64,000 nucleotides of DNA from Heptranchias perlo. Its lineage: Eukaryota. Below the pieces are notes generated by a model that saw nothing but the letters and a program-made list of their open reading frames with translations, did no database searches and was not told the DNA's origin. A program made the translations under genes and the position numbers. Positions 1 through 13,721 of this stretch are shown one piece after another; position 1 is the first letter of the stretch, and every line of letters starts with the position of its first letter. The stretch covers positions 1,488,001 to 1,552,000 of the forward strand of contig NW_027139442.1 in NCBI RefSeq assembly GCF_035084215.1. Reading direction: 5' to 3'.

Positions 1-365
1 AGATTTCAGGTGAAAAACGGAGATCATGTCAGCGATCGGGTGAGAGAGCGCGATCAGTGCAGCAATGAAACGGGTTTAAATCGAAACTGGTGCTTTTAAT
101 TCCGGTGAAAGTTTTTCGACAGCAAACATTCCGGTGTGAGATATAGGAAGGGGCTAGTCTGGGACTCTGGAGTGCCCGATTTGAATTGGAATCGGGGAGT
201 TTAAGAGGAGAGAGAAACACAGAGAGGCTGGAGGGGCCGGGAGCTGACAGCAGGATGTCTCCGCCCCGTCCGCTCTGTGCCTTTAAGTTGCTCTGTGCCG
301 CCGCCTCTCGTTTCATTTCTGACCCAGCTCTGACTGTCAGAGAGATTTTCGACAGAGTCCCGGAC

Positions 366-986
366 ATGACAGACACTGCAGCCGCCGAAACGGCTCCTCC
401 TGCCGCCTCCGCTCCACCCAAGGCTCCGAATAAGAAGAAGGCGGTTCCCCGACCCAAGACCACCGGTCCTCCGTTGGGCGAACAGATCCTCAAGATTGTG
501 GCGGATTGCAAGGATCGCAAGGGGATATCCCTGGCCGCGATAAAGAAGGTTCTGGCTGCCAAAGGCCTGGATGTGGAGAAGCACCGGTCCCAGATCAAAT
601 TAAGTATCAAGAGAAATGTGGAAAAAGGCTCCCTGGTGCAGATCAAGGGCACGGGCGCCTCGGGCTCCTTCAGAGTCGCTAAGAAGGAAACCCAGGCAAA
701 AGTGGGAATGAAGGTGAAGAAACAAGTGACCAAGAAATCTCCCGGAAAGAAACCAGCGGCCAAAAAAGCAGCCGTCAAGAAATTAACGGCCAAGAAACCA
801 GCGGTCAAGAAATCGACCACGAAAAAGGCGGCGAAATCACCAATTAAGAAGAAAGCGGCGGCGAAGAAGCCCAAGACCCCCAAGTCAGTGAAGGCGAAGG
901 CGAAGAAGGTGGAAAAACCGAGGGCGAGGGCCAAGCCCAAGCCGAAGTCAGCAAAGCCTAAGAAAGCAGCGGGCAAAAAGAAGTAA
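366..986 (+). CDS. H1: Linker histone H1 (206 aa), copy 1
   Basis: [12 protein letters not shown] start, globular domain (GISLAAIKK...[13 protein letters not shown]), Lys/Ala/Pro-rich tail. AAACACA H1 box (215-221), GC box and TTTAA lie upstream, so the ATG at 366 is preferred to the longer ORF. 3' stem-loop follows. Confidence 0.96.
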   Translation: MTDTAAAETAPPAASAPPKAPNKKKAVPRPKTTGPPLGEQILKIVADCKDRKGISLAAIKKVLAAKGLDVEKHRSQIKLSIKRNVEKGSLVQIKGTGASGSFRVAKKETQAKVGMKVKKQVTKKSPGKKPAAKKAAVKKLTAKKPAVKKSTTKKAAKSPIKKKAAAKKPKTPKSVKAKAKKVEKPRARAKPKPKSAKPKKAAGKKK

Positions 987-1022
987 AAAATCAAGTGCAA
1001 CTTGTGACCATCTGAACCCAAC

Positions 1023-1063
1023 GGCTCTTCTCAGAGCCACCCACGTCTATCAGAAGAGAGCTG
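1023..1063 (+). other. Histone 3' stem-loop and purine-rich HDE (H1)
   Basis: GGCTCT-TCTC-AGAGCC ACCCA followed by AGAAGAGAGCTG. Confidence 0.93.
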
Positions 1064-1876
1064 ATCCCAGAATCAGATGATTCCTGTCCCGGGGCCGGGC
1101 TCAGATTTCAGATAGAAATCATTTCAAATAAACCCAGGGTCCTGGTGACTCGCTGACATTCGCTATCCCCGCCCGACCCCCAATGTCTGTAATAAAATAG
1201 AGAGAATGGGATGTCCGGGCCGGGCCTCACTGGAACTGGCGTGTGTTCGGCTCCAGTCCCAGTTCATTTTTTTCTCACAGATTCAGGGCGACAGTCCGTA
1301 ACAGGGTAAAACTGGCGGAGATCGGCAGCGATCACAATTCAAACCCCAACACATGAGATTCTTCAAATCAGCTGGAATAAAGTGTTTATAAACTGCTGAA
1401 CCCGTCTGGGAGGGAATGTGCGGGGAGATAGAATCGGGTCTGGGACTGAAATGGAAGGAGGCGGGTTGACTTGTTATAGAAGGGACTGTATTTAGGCAGG
1501 AATATTACTGACTATTGATTGTAACGGGGCTTATTGAAAAGCTCCGGGATTCTATGAAGCCCGAGTCTGCAAGGGTTTGTGCGGAGCGCTGTGTTTCGGT
1601 TCTATTATCGATAAACGGTTTGAAATTGGCGGGTGGAGAAAGCTGGAGGTGGAGCTGGAAGATCAGAGGCCGCTCTCCGCTCTGTCCGTCTCTCTGATTG
1701 TCTCCTCCCCTCTCTGTTTAATATCACACTCTGTCTCCTCCCCTCACTGTTTAATATTTATCTCTGTCTCCTCCCCTCCCTCTCTCACCCTGTGTCTGTT
1801 TCAGTCAGGTCAGGGCAGGCTGCATAAAAACGGAACCAACATCAGTTTGCTGTTCATTCAGCAGCGATTTGAGTGA

Positions 1877-2197
<321 letters not shown>

Positions 2198-2232
2198 ACA
2201 ACTCGACCCTTTCTAACCGGACACAAAACAAA

Positions 2233-2275
2233 GGCTCTTCTAAGAGCCACCCACCGCCTCACAGAGAGAGCACTG
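2233..2275 (+). other. Histone 3' stem-loop and HDE (H4)
   Basis: GGCTCT-TCTA-AGAGCC ACCCA ... AGAGAGAGCACTG. Confidence 0.93.
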
Positions 2276-3106
2276 ACCTGGGAACGGGGAGAGGAAAGAT
2301 CTCGGGCTGGGGAATCAGTTTCCGATATTTAATTAGTATGGGGAGATTCCCCAACACTCGGTACAGGGAGATCAGAAACAACGGCCCGGGTTCTCGGCCA
2401 TCCCGAGAGAAGGAGCGGAATTCCCGGTTTCACGGTATAAATGAACAGGCGGTGATACAGAGTCTTTCCCCAGACATTACCTTCTCCGCTCAGAGTAAAA
2501 TCCCTCCTCACTCCCTCTCCCGCTGTGTCCTCTCTGCTATGTGTTTATTTCCTGCCCTCATTCAATTATCAGTTCGATGTGAAGTTTCTGTTTGAGGAGC
2601 GGTTCACCGGGCCGGAACTGGTGGGATTTTTGAAATTGAAGCTGGAAAGCAATTCCCGTTACGGAAAGCAATGACCGGGGATTTATTCCCGCCCGTTTAC
2701 AGACAGATCAGAGAATGAACCGGAATGTGAAACAGCCTGAGATTTGAGATGAGGAGAAGGAAATAACGAAGATTATAAAGAGAGAGTTTCTTAAATTGCT
2801 GGAGGGAAATGAAATTTTCTTGAAACTGTTATTAGATGCTCTGAAATTGGCGGGCTTTTTGAAATTGAAGATTAATTTCAGCTCAGCCAATTGGGACCCA
2901 ATACCTCCCGCCGTTTTGGTCTGACTGACAGATCTCGGATCAAACCTGCCAATCACAGTCCCGGGGCAGTCCCTCCTTGTCTGGGGGTGAAACCTCAGCC
3001 AATCACAGGCCAGGGGCGGATAGCCTTAGACGCTTTAAAAGGCGGCCCCAGAGCGCACTCCGTATTCACAGTCTCTGTGTCTCAGGTTGTGTTGAGATCT
3101 GTTTAG

Positions 3107-3520
<414 letters not shown>

Positions 3521-3553
3521 ATCCGACCCGGCTTCAGCACCAAGTGCAACAAA

Positions 3554-3594
3554 GGCTCTTTTCAGAGCCACCAAATCGGCGATGGAAAGAGCTG
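3554..3594 (+). other. Histone 3' stem-loop and HDE (H3)
   Basis: GGCTCT-TTTC-AGAGCC ACCAA ... GAAAGAGCTG. Confidence 0.93.
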
Positions 3595-4120
3595 TGATCT
3601 ACTGGGTTGAAATGGCAGGGTCGTGAGAAATTTGCTTAAATGGGAAACGTATAAAGGGGAGGGAGCAGATATCAGACGGACAGGGACAGAATAAATACCT
3701 CACTCACATCCAAACACAAATTTCACTCACATTCTTAATTCAGTAATCGCTGATACAATAACAGCACATCAGTCAGCATCCGTTGTACAAATCTGGGTAA
3801 AATAACACAGACTGAGCCAGTGTTGTCCGAGGATGGGACGGTAAATAATATTAAGCGTCCCTGGTATTTCTGTATCCCACCCGCCCAGTTGGCAATTCTA
3901 ACGGTTCTGGTATTTTGTCTCATTCACCAGACAAACTGCAAATTATAATCGATTGGACGTTGGCGATATCTGCGGTCCTGAAGCGAGTACTGCAACAGAC
4001 CGATATGGATGATTTGTGCATAACAAGTTATTGTTAGTTTCTCGAATCGGAATCAAGTCCTTTTGAAGTTAATTCCTGATCACACAGACAGTGACCAGCC
4101 CTTTCATAGATACCGTGGGT

Positions 4121-4136
4121 GGCTCTGAAAAGAGCC
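4121..4136 (-). other. Histone 3' stem-loop (H2A)
   Basis: Reverse complement reads GGCTCT-TTTC-AGAGCC ACCCA. Confidence 0.93.
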
Positions 4137-4166
4137 TTTGGGTTATCAGGTTAAATCTTGACCGCT

Positions 4167-4715
<549 letters not shown>

Positions 4716-5529
4716 TCACCAATCAATAGCCGAATGAGAAAAGACGGAAAATACCGAACTGAACCGTTTTTTTGAAATTTGAAAAGCCCGCCAATATTTC
4801 TGTAACACAAGAATCGGATTTCGTAAATAATGTCGCGAAAGACAAAAATTTAAATATCTCTCTCCTTTTACTCTGTTGTTCCACATTTCCCGTCACAACT
4901 TCCAGAACCTTATACATTCCGGTTAAAATCCGGCTTCATTAACCGTTCATGTTCAATCGGGCGGGAATAAAGACCCATTTTGTAACGAGACAGATTCCAG
5001 CTCAATCTTTGTGAAAGGAACAAACGACAGATTGTGGATTGATCCCTGTTCGCAGGAGCTGCATCGCGATCGAAACCGGAGCCGGGACTCCTGGTGCAAG
5101 GAGTCGAACAGTAACAGATCCTTTAGACTATTCTGTACTCAGTGTGAAGTCTCTTTCAAGGCTGTTGCTTTACAAAGGATTGCGGTTCTGAAAGTGATAT
5201 TCCCGAATAATGAACAAAGAAACGTGAAAATGAGAAAAAAATGACTGAAGTCGAATCCACCCCCTTAAAACGGCTCTTAATGGGCAGTAGCCGGGAAGGG
5301 TCGGAATATGAACGAGAACGAGAGGATCAGTGACACGTTTTTGGTTATTGGGACTAAATAAAAAAGCAACACACAGATTATAACCGGCAGTGATGATGAG
5401 AATCTACTAGATTTCAAGAGAAATTAGAAAAGCACAAGAGTTAGAGAAAAACACTTAGTATCAAACATTCTACAGTAAAATGATTCCACACAGAGGGGTC
5501 GTTACAGCGTCTTCAGAGAGACTGTGGGT

Positions 5530-5545
5530 GGCTCTTAAAAGAGCC
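5530..5545 (-). other. Histone 3' stem-loop (H2B)
   Basis: Reverse complement reads GGCTCT-TTTA-AGAGCC ACCCA. Confidence 0.93.
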
Positions 5546-5579
5546 GTTGTGTTCATTTTTTTCAGTGCATTGTGGAGTT

Positions 5580-5954
5580 TTACTTGGAGCTGGTGTACTT
5601 GGTCACCGCCTTCGTCCCTTCCGATACGGCGTGTTTGGCCAGTTCCCCGGGCAGCAGCAGGCGCACGGCGGTCTGGATCTCCCGGGAGCTGATGGTCGCC
5701 CGCTTGTTGTAATGGGCCAGGCGGGAAGCCTCACCCGCGATGCGCTCGAAAATATCGTTCACAAAGGAGTTCATGATGCTCATGGCCTTGGAGGAGATGC
5801 CGGTGTCGGGGTGAACCTGCTTCATCACTTTGTAGATGTAGATGGAGTAACTCTCCTTCCTCGACTTTCTCCGCTTCTTGCCGCCCTTGGCTGGTGCTTT
5901 ACTCAAGGTTTTCTTGGCGCCCTTCTTGGGAGCTGCTTTCTTGTCCTCAGGCAT
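5580..5954 (-). CDS. H2B: Histone H2B (124 aa), copy 1
   Basis: [12 protein letters not shown]...[11 protein letters not shown]...[16 protein letters not shown] and CCAAT boxes upstream. Confidence 0.98.
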   Translation of the reverse strand: MPEDKKAAPKKGAKKTLSKAPAKGGKKRRKSRKESYSIYIYKVMKQVHPDTGISSKAMSIMNSFVNDIFERIAGEASRLAHYNKRATISSREIQTAVRLLLPGELAKHAVSEGTKAVTKYTSSK

Positions 5955-6216
5955 TTTCAAACTCAATTTCAGACCCAGAAATGACCCAAATCCGCTCCGA
6001 ACTCGGATTAAATAGGCAGCCCCACAGCCCTATGGTAATGAGGGATGGAGGAAGGCATTGATTGTGATTGGGTCATTCGGAGTGATACAACGTCACCTTT
6101 TCCATTCACTCTCTGATTGGAGATCTGAAGAAACCAATCAGATTTAATACCTGCCACCAATCACAAACACGCTCACACTGCACATTGTCCGGTTTGAGCA
6201 ATTTGTTCCGTACTGT

Positions 6217-6248
6217 TGCAGTTCTGCTTCCGGCCAGTAGATGTCCCC
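6217..6248 (+). promoter_or_regulatory. CTCF-like site (upstream motif + core)
   Basis: TGCAGTTCT-5nt-CGGCCAGTAGATGTCCCC. Copies at 11248(+), 44923(-), 58802(-), 63933(-). Confidence 0.6.
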
Positions 6249-6419
6249 AAACCCCGGGACATTGAAGTTCACAGATGATGGAGGGACAGAAGATAAACTC
6301 ATTCTTCACATTATGTTGCACGAGTGGGATTTAGAAAAACTGGGAATTGGAAACATTTGGTTGGACCAAATGTTGGTTGCATGCTGTCTTAAATTCTTGT
6401 AATTAATTTAGGGTGTATA

Positions 6420-7430
6420 GTCTATACTGACGAAGAATCCAACAAAATACAAGAAGACTTTAATAAGCTTGATGAAAGGCGGTGTAAATGGCCATTGAAT
6501 TTCAATGTAGAAAGGTGTGAGATGGTGCATTTTGCTCGGGGGAATAAGGAGGCCTCATACTGCTTGGAAAATAAGAGTCTAAATGTGGTAGAAGAGCGAA
6601 GGGATTTCGGGGTACAGATTGACAAATCATTAAAAGTAGCAACACAGGTTGATGAGGCCACAGAAAGCAAACACAGCACTGGGGTTTATTTCTCGAGGAA
6701 TAGAATTGAAAAGCAGATAAGTTATGTTGAACTGTAATTTAAACTTTCAAACCTTCTGTCAAACTGTTAAACATTCCCTTTCTGAAATCCGTGCTGACTA
6801 TTCTTTATTATATTTTCGGTTTCTAGATGTTTTTCGATTGCTTCATTGAGTAAAAGATTCCATGATCATTCCTGCCACCGACCTTTTGTTAACTGGCCTA
6901 TAGTTCCCTGGACTTGTTCTATCTCCTGTTTCAAAATATATGAATCACATTAACTATCATCCTGCCCTTTGGCACTATTCGTTTTTGAGATGATTTTTTT
7001 TCTATATATGTAACAGTGCCTCTGCTATCTCTTCCCTTGCTTCATTTAATATGTGCGGATGCAATCCATCTGGACCAGTTTAACCACCCTTTCTAACTTA
7101 AATGTCTTGATATCTTTATTGACCTCTTCCTCTATATCATATTTACCCTGTTAATCTGCCTGGTAAATACTGAGGCAAAGTAACAATTCAATATTTCTGC
7201 CATTTCGCTGACATTACCTGTGAGTTTATCTTGTGCATCCCTTAGTGGCACTCAAACTATTCTGGTTTTCCTTTTGTTATTTTTGTGTCTGTGGAATAAT
7301 TTACTATTTCTTTATATATTCCTTGATAATTTGATTTCGTAGTTCCTGTTTGCTTCCCTAATTGTTTTTGTGACTTCTTCCTAACCTCTTCCTATTCGCT
7401 TTTGCCATCCTCTTATTTAATATATATGAA
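6420..7430. mobile_element. Decayed CR1-clade LINE ORF2 fragments (6420-6740 on +, 6745-7430 on -)
   Basis: FNVERCEMVHF and DFGVQIDKSLK on +. GPDGLH, IVPKG and YRPV-like remnants on -. Copies at about 43770-44760 and 62770-63770. Confidence 0.8.
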
Positions 7431-7558
7431 TGAGAAATTCCACCAGCTTGTTGTGTCTGTTCAGGGGCTGATGATTGGAAACTATTTATTGTCTATGATT
7501 AAAGTACCAGATACCCCAAACCCAAACTCCACAGAAACACTCGATTTTTCCCTCCTAG

Positions 7559-7630
7559 TGAAATATATAATGGTGAGCAGAGCTGCCTTCCAAACAGTTC
7601 ATTCCAACAGGTTTGAATCCCAGCACGCTG
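7559..7630 (+). pseudogene. Degenerate tRNA-Gly(TCC) relic
   Basis: TATAATGGTGAGCAGAGCTGCCTTCCAAACAGTT...GGTTTGAATCCCAGC aligns with the intact tRNA-Gly at 33350. Acceptor stem is broken and there is an insertion in the variable loop. Confidence 0.75.
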
Positions 7631-7914
7631 AATTCAGAATCACCAAGACTGGAACCGAATTTGATGATGTTCAGAGGGATAGTGTTTCGAAAACACAAAC
7701 GGGTCTTATTTATATTAAAAAAAATACTTTGAAAGGTCATTTCTTTCCCCCAAAACTTTGAATTTAACTCTTTCCCTTTGTGTTATTATTTGCACTGATC
7801 TGTACAGTGGATACGGGAAACAATTGCCCGGATTCAGTGAAATTAATAGATTTTCTGAAGTTTTTTATCTCTGCTGATTCCCGTCCCTTATTTAAATTAT
7901 GTCGGATTAACCTT

Positions 7915-8015
7915 TCTGATCTATTGAAGGGTCATAGTCCTGAACCGTTAACCCGAGCTTCCCTTCTCCACATATGCTGCCGGACCTGCTGAGTCTTTCC
8001 AGCATTTTTGGTATT
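7915..8015 (+). mobile_element. Old Penelope-like terminal fragment with decayed hammerhead motif
   Basis: TTGAAGGGTC-ATAG-TCCTGAACCGTTAAC...GCTGCCGGACCTGCTGAGTCTTTCCAGCATTTT. Copies at about 43180-43270 and 62215-62305 (-). Confidence 0.5.
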
Positions 8016-8394
8016 TTTTTCTCTCTATTTCATCCCTTTCACTTTTGACGGTCGCCATTAAAACTTCCAGCTTTGTGCTCAGTTTTTATTTGTGTTTTAG
8101 TTCGATTTATTTGAATTAATCTAATTCATGTCCTGAGAAATCAGACAGAAATATTGCGCAATGTAGAGTGAAATATAATGGGGCAAATTCACAACTTTTC
8201 AATCAACAAAACAAAAACTTTATTGTGAGTCAGTTGTCTTAATTTTTCACTGTCAAAATATTTTTTAAAAAACAGAGTAGAAGTTACAGAGAGAAACTAT
8301 TTCCTCACATTGCACTTTGTCCTGTTTCTGTAACGACAGAAAATGTGAATTTGTTCCACTCTGTTAGAGTTCTCGCTTACGGCCAGTCGATGTC

Positions 8395-8850
8395 AGACTG
8401 TATATTCATTCTGTATCTGTCAGCCTCCAGTACTGTCTGTGAGTGTGAGATTAATTCTCTATCTGTCATTCTCTGGTACTGTATGTGAGTGTGGGATTCT
8501 TTCTGAATTTGTCAGTCTCTGGTACTTTGTGTGAGTGTGGGATTCATTCTGTATCTGTCAGTCTCTGGTTCTTTGTGTGAGTGTGGGATTCATTCTGAAC
8601 CTGTCAGTCTCTGGTACTTTGTGTGAGTGTGGGATTAATAGTGAATTTGTCAGTCTCTGGTACTGTGTGTGAGTGTGGGATTCATTCTGTATCTGTCAGT
8701 CTCTGGTACTGTGTGTGAGTGTGGGATTCATTCTGTATCTGTCAGTCTCTGGAGCCACCTGTGAGTGTGGGATTCATTCTGTGACTGGAAGTCTCTGGAA
8801 TTTTATCTCAGTGTGGGATTCATTCTGTAACTCAGTCTCTGGGACAAAGT
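8395..8850 (+). repeat. 46-bp satellite array
   Basis: Unit GAGTGTGGGATTCATTCTGTATCTGTCAGTCTCTGGTACTGTGTGT; period 46 (8671 to 8717). Confidence 0.92.
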
Positions 8851-9049
8851 GCAAGTCTGGATTCGTTCTGTATTCTTATTTCAGGATACAGCATGTTACT
8901 TGAAACTGTATCTTTAATTCATTAATGTTTGCACGGTCCTTTGTCTCGCATTATTTTTTAAATATGGATGCACTTCTGTATTTTGTTTCAATCAAACAAT
9001 GTGTGAGGTTTGGTGTAGGATTACATCTTAATCTCTTGAAAGACTATTG

Positions 9050-10450
9050 TAAATGATAATGTATATTTCAATATTTTACCGTGAAATTATTGGTCTGGTA
9101 TTTATTGTGCAGCTCAGTCTGCGCTAATGGAATTGATACTTTATCTTTCAGGCTGACACTTTGTGCTATATTTGGACTGGTATGTCAGGAATAACTCAGT
9201 CCGCAATAATGGAATTGATGCCATACCTTTCAGCATGAGTTTGAAGTAATTATTGGAATCGTTTGCAATGTGTAGCTTCGTCTACACTAATAGGATTCAG
9301 ACTGTATGTTTCAATATGATAATATGTATATACGAATTTTGGACTGCATACAATATGTAGCTGGGTCTGTACTAATGGAATTCGTACTGTGCCTTTCAGT
9401 CTAATACCGTGTAATATATTTAGATTGGTTTGTAAGGTGTGGCTCAGTCTGCAATACTGGGATTGATACTGTATCTTTCAGCATGACCCTGAATGTGATT
9501 TTTGGACTGTATGTAATGTGTAGCTCAGTCTGCACTAATGGAATTGATAATGCATCTTTCAATCTGATACTGTATGAGAATTTTGGACTGGTAACAAATG
9601 TGTACCTCAGTCTGCAGTAATGAAATTGATACTGTATCTTTCATTACGATACTGTATTCGAATTTTGGACCATATATAATGTGTTGCTCAATCTGCACTG
9701 TTGGAATTAATACTGTATCTTTCAACCTGTCACTGAGATTTTTAGACCAGTATATGATGTGTCGCTCAGTCTGCACTAATGGGATTGATACTGTATCTTT
9801 CAGTCTGATACTGTGTGAGATTTGTATATTGGCATGTAACGTGTGGGTCAGTCTATACGAGTCAAATCGAAACTGTGTCTTTCAGTCTGACACTGAATGT
9901 GATTTTTGGACTGGCATCTACTGTGTACCTCAGTCTGCAGTAAAGGAATTGAAACTGTATATTTCAGTACGATACTGCATGTGAATTTTGCACTGGTATA
10001 TAATGAGCAGCTCAATCTGTATTAATGGAATTGATATTGTATCTTTCAATCTGATACTGTATGAGAATTTTGGACTGGTATCTAATGTGTATCTCAGTCT
10101 GCAGTAAAGGAATTGACACTGTACATTTCATTCTGACACTATGAAGTTTGTGGACATATATGTGAGTCAAATATGGGTAACATCTGAACTGGTATCTAAT
10201 TTGTATCTCAGTGTACACTATTGGCATGAATACTGCATCTTTAAACTCATAATGTGTGTGAGTTGTGGGCTGGTATTTAATTTGAATCTCGGGGTACACT
10301 ATTGTGATTCATTCTGTATCTATCAATCGGTCCCATGTGTCAGTTCTAACTGGTATTTAATTTGTAGCTAATGCTGAACTAATGTGAGATTAACACAGTG
10401 CCTTTCAATCTGATAGTGGGTGTGATTTTGGACTGGGAATTATTTATCTG
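9050..10450 (+). repeat. ~82-bp degenerate satellite array
   Basis: Unit approx TTTTGGACTGGTATGTAATGTGTAGCTCAGTCTGCACTAATGGAATTGATACTGTATCTTTCAGTCTGATACTGTATGAGA. Confidence 0.88.
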
Positions 10451-11849
10451 CCGGTCAGCGGTACTGAGTTGTTTAGAAATGGAAATTCCATCTGTATCTC
10501 CTGCTCTGTTTGACTGTTGGATTGGGATCAGTGTGGGATTGACTATTTCTGAAGTGTGAGACTGTGGAACTGATGACTTGTCTGTGTCTCTGTGCTCTGA
10601 GTGATAATGTACATACTGTGTGTGAGAAGGAGCTGGCTGCACTGTTCCTTGCGGAGGAAACATCACACTGATTCTGGGTCCTTCAAGTATTTGCCTGTAG
10701 AAAGAGAAATTAAGTCTTGTAACTCAAGAACAGGTGAGGTAGAAAATACAAAAGTGATCAATTGAATCTCTCTGTTAATAATCATTGTAATATCCACAAA
10801 TGAAAACCAGTGATACAAACAGTGTCAGTGTCTGACTCCACTGCAGTACTGCAGCACTCAGCTTCTGCACACCAGGTGTGTTGGGCTGTTTTACAACAAT
10901 TTAGTGACATCCAGACACAATCCAACACCTTCGCTGATCCATGAATGGGACGACCCGATGGGGCGGGGACCTTTGCACAGGTCAGGCTTCTAATCCCCTC
11001 TCCGATGTGGCTAACAGTTCAACCAAAACCACAGAGCCGCTGTTTAAAATGTGTCCTTCATATTTCTCACATGATGCCTGCAATAGATGCTCTTTGTATA
11101 ACTCCCCACATCCTTACTGTCCGGCTCTGTTTACTGTTCAATCACAAACAGGGCAGGTAGAAAAAAAATCAGATTGAGTACCTGGCACCAATCACAAACA
11201 CGCTCACACTGCACATTGTCCGGTTTCAGCAATTTGTTCCGAACTGTTGCAGTTCTGATTCCGGCCAGTAGATGTCCCCAAATCCCGGATCATTGAAGTT
11301 TATCAGATGAGAGAGGGACAGAAGATCAACTCATTCTTCACATTATATTGCACGAGTGGGATTTAGAAAAACTGGGAATGGAGACGAGCTGTTGGACCAA
11401 ACACTACTTGCAACGCTGTTTTAAATTCTTGTAATTAATTTCGGGTATATTGTCTATATCGAGGAAGACTACGACAAAATCAGCTTGCAGAACGGCCGTG
11501 TAAATGGCCATTGAATTTGCCAGGGGGATTAAGGAGGCCACATACTGCTTGGAAATTAAGAGTCTAAACGGGACAGAGGAGCAATGTAAATCATCCTGAG
11601 AAATTAGAGAGAAATACTGCGCAATGTAAGTGAAAAATAATGGTGCAAATTCACAAATATCGAATGAGTAAAACAAAAAAATTATTATGAATCAATTGAC
11701 TTCATTTTTCACTATCAAAATGTGCAAAAATACGAGAATAAAAGTTACAGACAGAAACTTTCCTCACATTGCAGATTGTCCTGTTTCTGCAACCACGACA
11801 GGAAATGTGAATTGGTTCCGCTCTTTTACAGTTCTCGCTTACGTCCAGT

Positions 11850-13674
11850 AGAAGTCAGTCTCTGGTACTGTGTCTGGTGGGGTTTATTCTGTATCTGTCA
11901 GACTCTGTTATTGAGTGTGAGCATGGGGTATATTCTGCATCTGTCAGTTTCAGGTACTATATATAAGTGATGGGTTCATTCTGTATCTGTCAGTCTCTGG
12001 TACGTTGGGATTCATTCTGCATCTGTCAGACTCTGTTTTTGAGTTTGAGCATGGGGTATATTCTGCATCTGTCAGTTTCAGGTACTGCATATAAGTGATG
12101 GGTTCATTCTGTATCAGTCAGTCTCTGGTACTATGTGTGAGTGTGGAATTAACTCTGCAACTGTCAATCTCTGGTGTTGTATCTGAGTGTGGGATACATT
12201 ATGTATCTGTCAATCTCTGGTGTTGTATCTGAGTGTGGGATACATTCTGTATCTGCCATTCTCTGCTGCTTTATCTCAGTTTGGGATTCATTCTGTAATT
12301 CAGTCTCTGAGACAATGTGCAAGTCTGGATTCATTCTGTATTCTTCTTTCAGTTTACAGCATTGTATTTGAAACTGTATCTTTAACACTTTAAATGATAT
12401 AGTTCTTCATCGTGTATTTAATCTGTAAATATTAATTTTCTTCAATCAAACAACGTGTGTGAGTTTTGGAGTGGGATCACATCTTAATCTCTGAACTCTA
12501 TTGTGAATGATAATGTAGCTTTCAATCTGTTCACAGTGAAATTATTGGACTGGTATGTAGTGTGCAGCTCAGTCTGCACTGATGGAATTAATTCTGTATC
12601 TGAGTCGAACACTGTATGAGATTTTTGAACTGGTATGCAATATGTAGCTCATCCTGCACTAAAGGAGTGGATACTGTCTCTATCAGTCTGATACTGTATG
12701 AGATTTTTGGCCTGGAATGTGAGATGTAGCTCAGTCTGCACTAATGGAAGTGATACTGAATCTTTCAATGTGATATTCTATGAGATTTTTGGACTGGTGT
12801 GTCACATGTACCTCAGTCTGTGCTAATGGAATTGATATTGTATCTTTGAGTCTGATAATCTTTGAGATTCTTGGACTGCTATATCATGTGTGTTTCAGTC
12901 TGCACTAATGAAATTGATACTGTATCTTTCAGCCTAATATTGTATGAGATTTTCGGACTGATATGTAATGTGTAGTTCAGTCTGTGCTAATAGAATTGAT
13001 ACTGTATCTTCCAGTCATCATTTATGAGATTGTTGGACTGCCATGTAATCTGTGTCTCAGTCTGTGATAATAGAATTGAAACTACATCTTCCAGTCTGAT
13101 CATTTATGAGGCTTTTGGACTTGTGTGTAACGTGTAGCTCAGTCTGTACCAATGGTATTGATACTGTATGTTTCAGTATAATACTGTATGAGTATTTTGC
13201 AATGTATATAAAATGTAGCTCAGTCTGCACTAATGGAATTGATACTGCATCTTTCAATCAGACACGATGAGGTTTTTGGACTGGTATCTGATGTGCAACT
13301 CAGTCTGCAGTAACATGACTGTGAGATTAATTCTGTATCTGTCAATCGGTGGTACTGTGTGTGAGTGTGTGATTAATTCTTTATCTCTCAGTCCCTGGTA
13401 TTGTGTGTGAGTGTGGGATTCATCCTGTATCTGTCATTCTCTGGTACTGTGTGTGAGTGTGGGATTCAGTCTGTATCTGTCAATCTCTGGTACTGTGTGT
13501 GGGTGTGGGGTTCATTCTGTATCTGTCAGTCTCTGGTTCTGTGTTTGAGTGTGGGATTCATTCTGTATCTGTCAGTCTCTGGTACTGTGTGCGAGTGTGG
13601 GATTCATTCTGTATCTCTCAATCACTGGTACTGTATGTGAGTGTGGGATTAATTGTGTTCCTATCAGTCTCTGG

Positions 13675-13721
<47 letters not shown>

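Noticed and set aside
186-365. N-terminal extensions of H1, H2A, H2B and H3 in the ORF track
   Set aside because: They begin at non-ATG codons or upstream of the TATA-like boxes; canonical starts lie downstream.
29-1021. Long ORFs antisense to or overlapping histone genes (also 3035-3574, 5547-5984, 47232-47870, 50200-51054)
   Set aside because: Shadow ORFs caused by GC-rich histone codon usage; no independent features.
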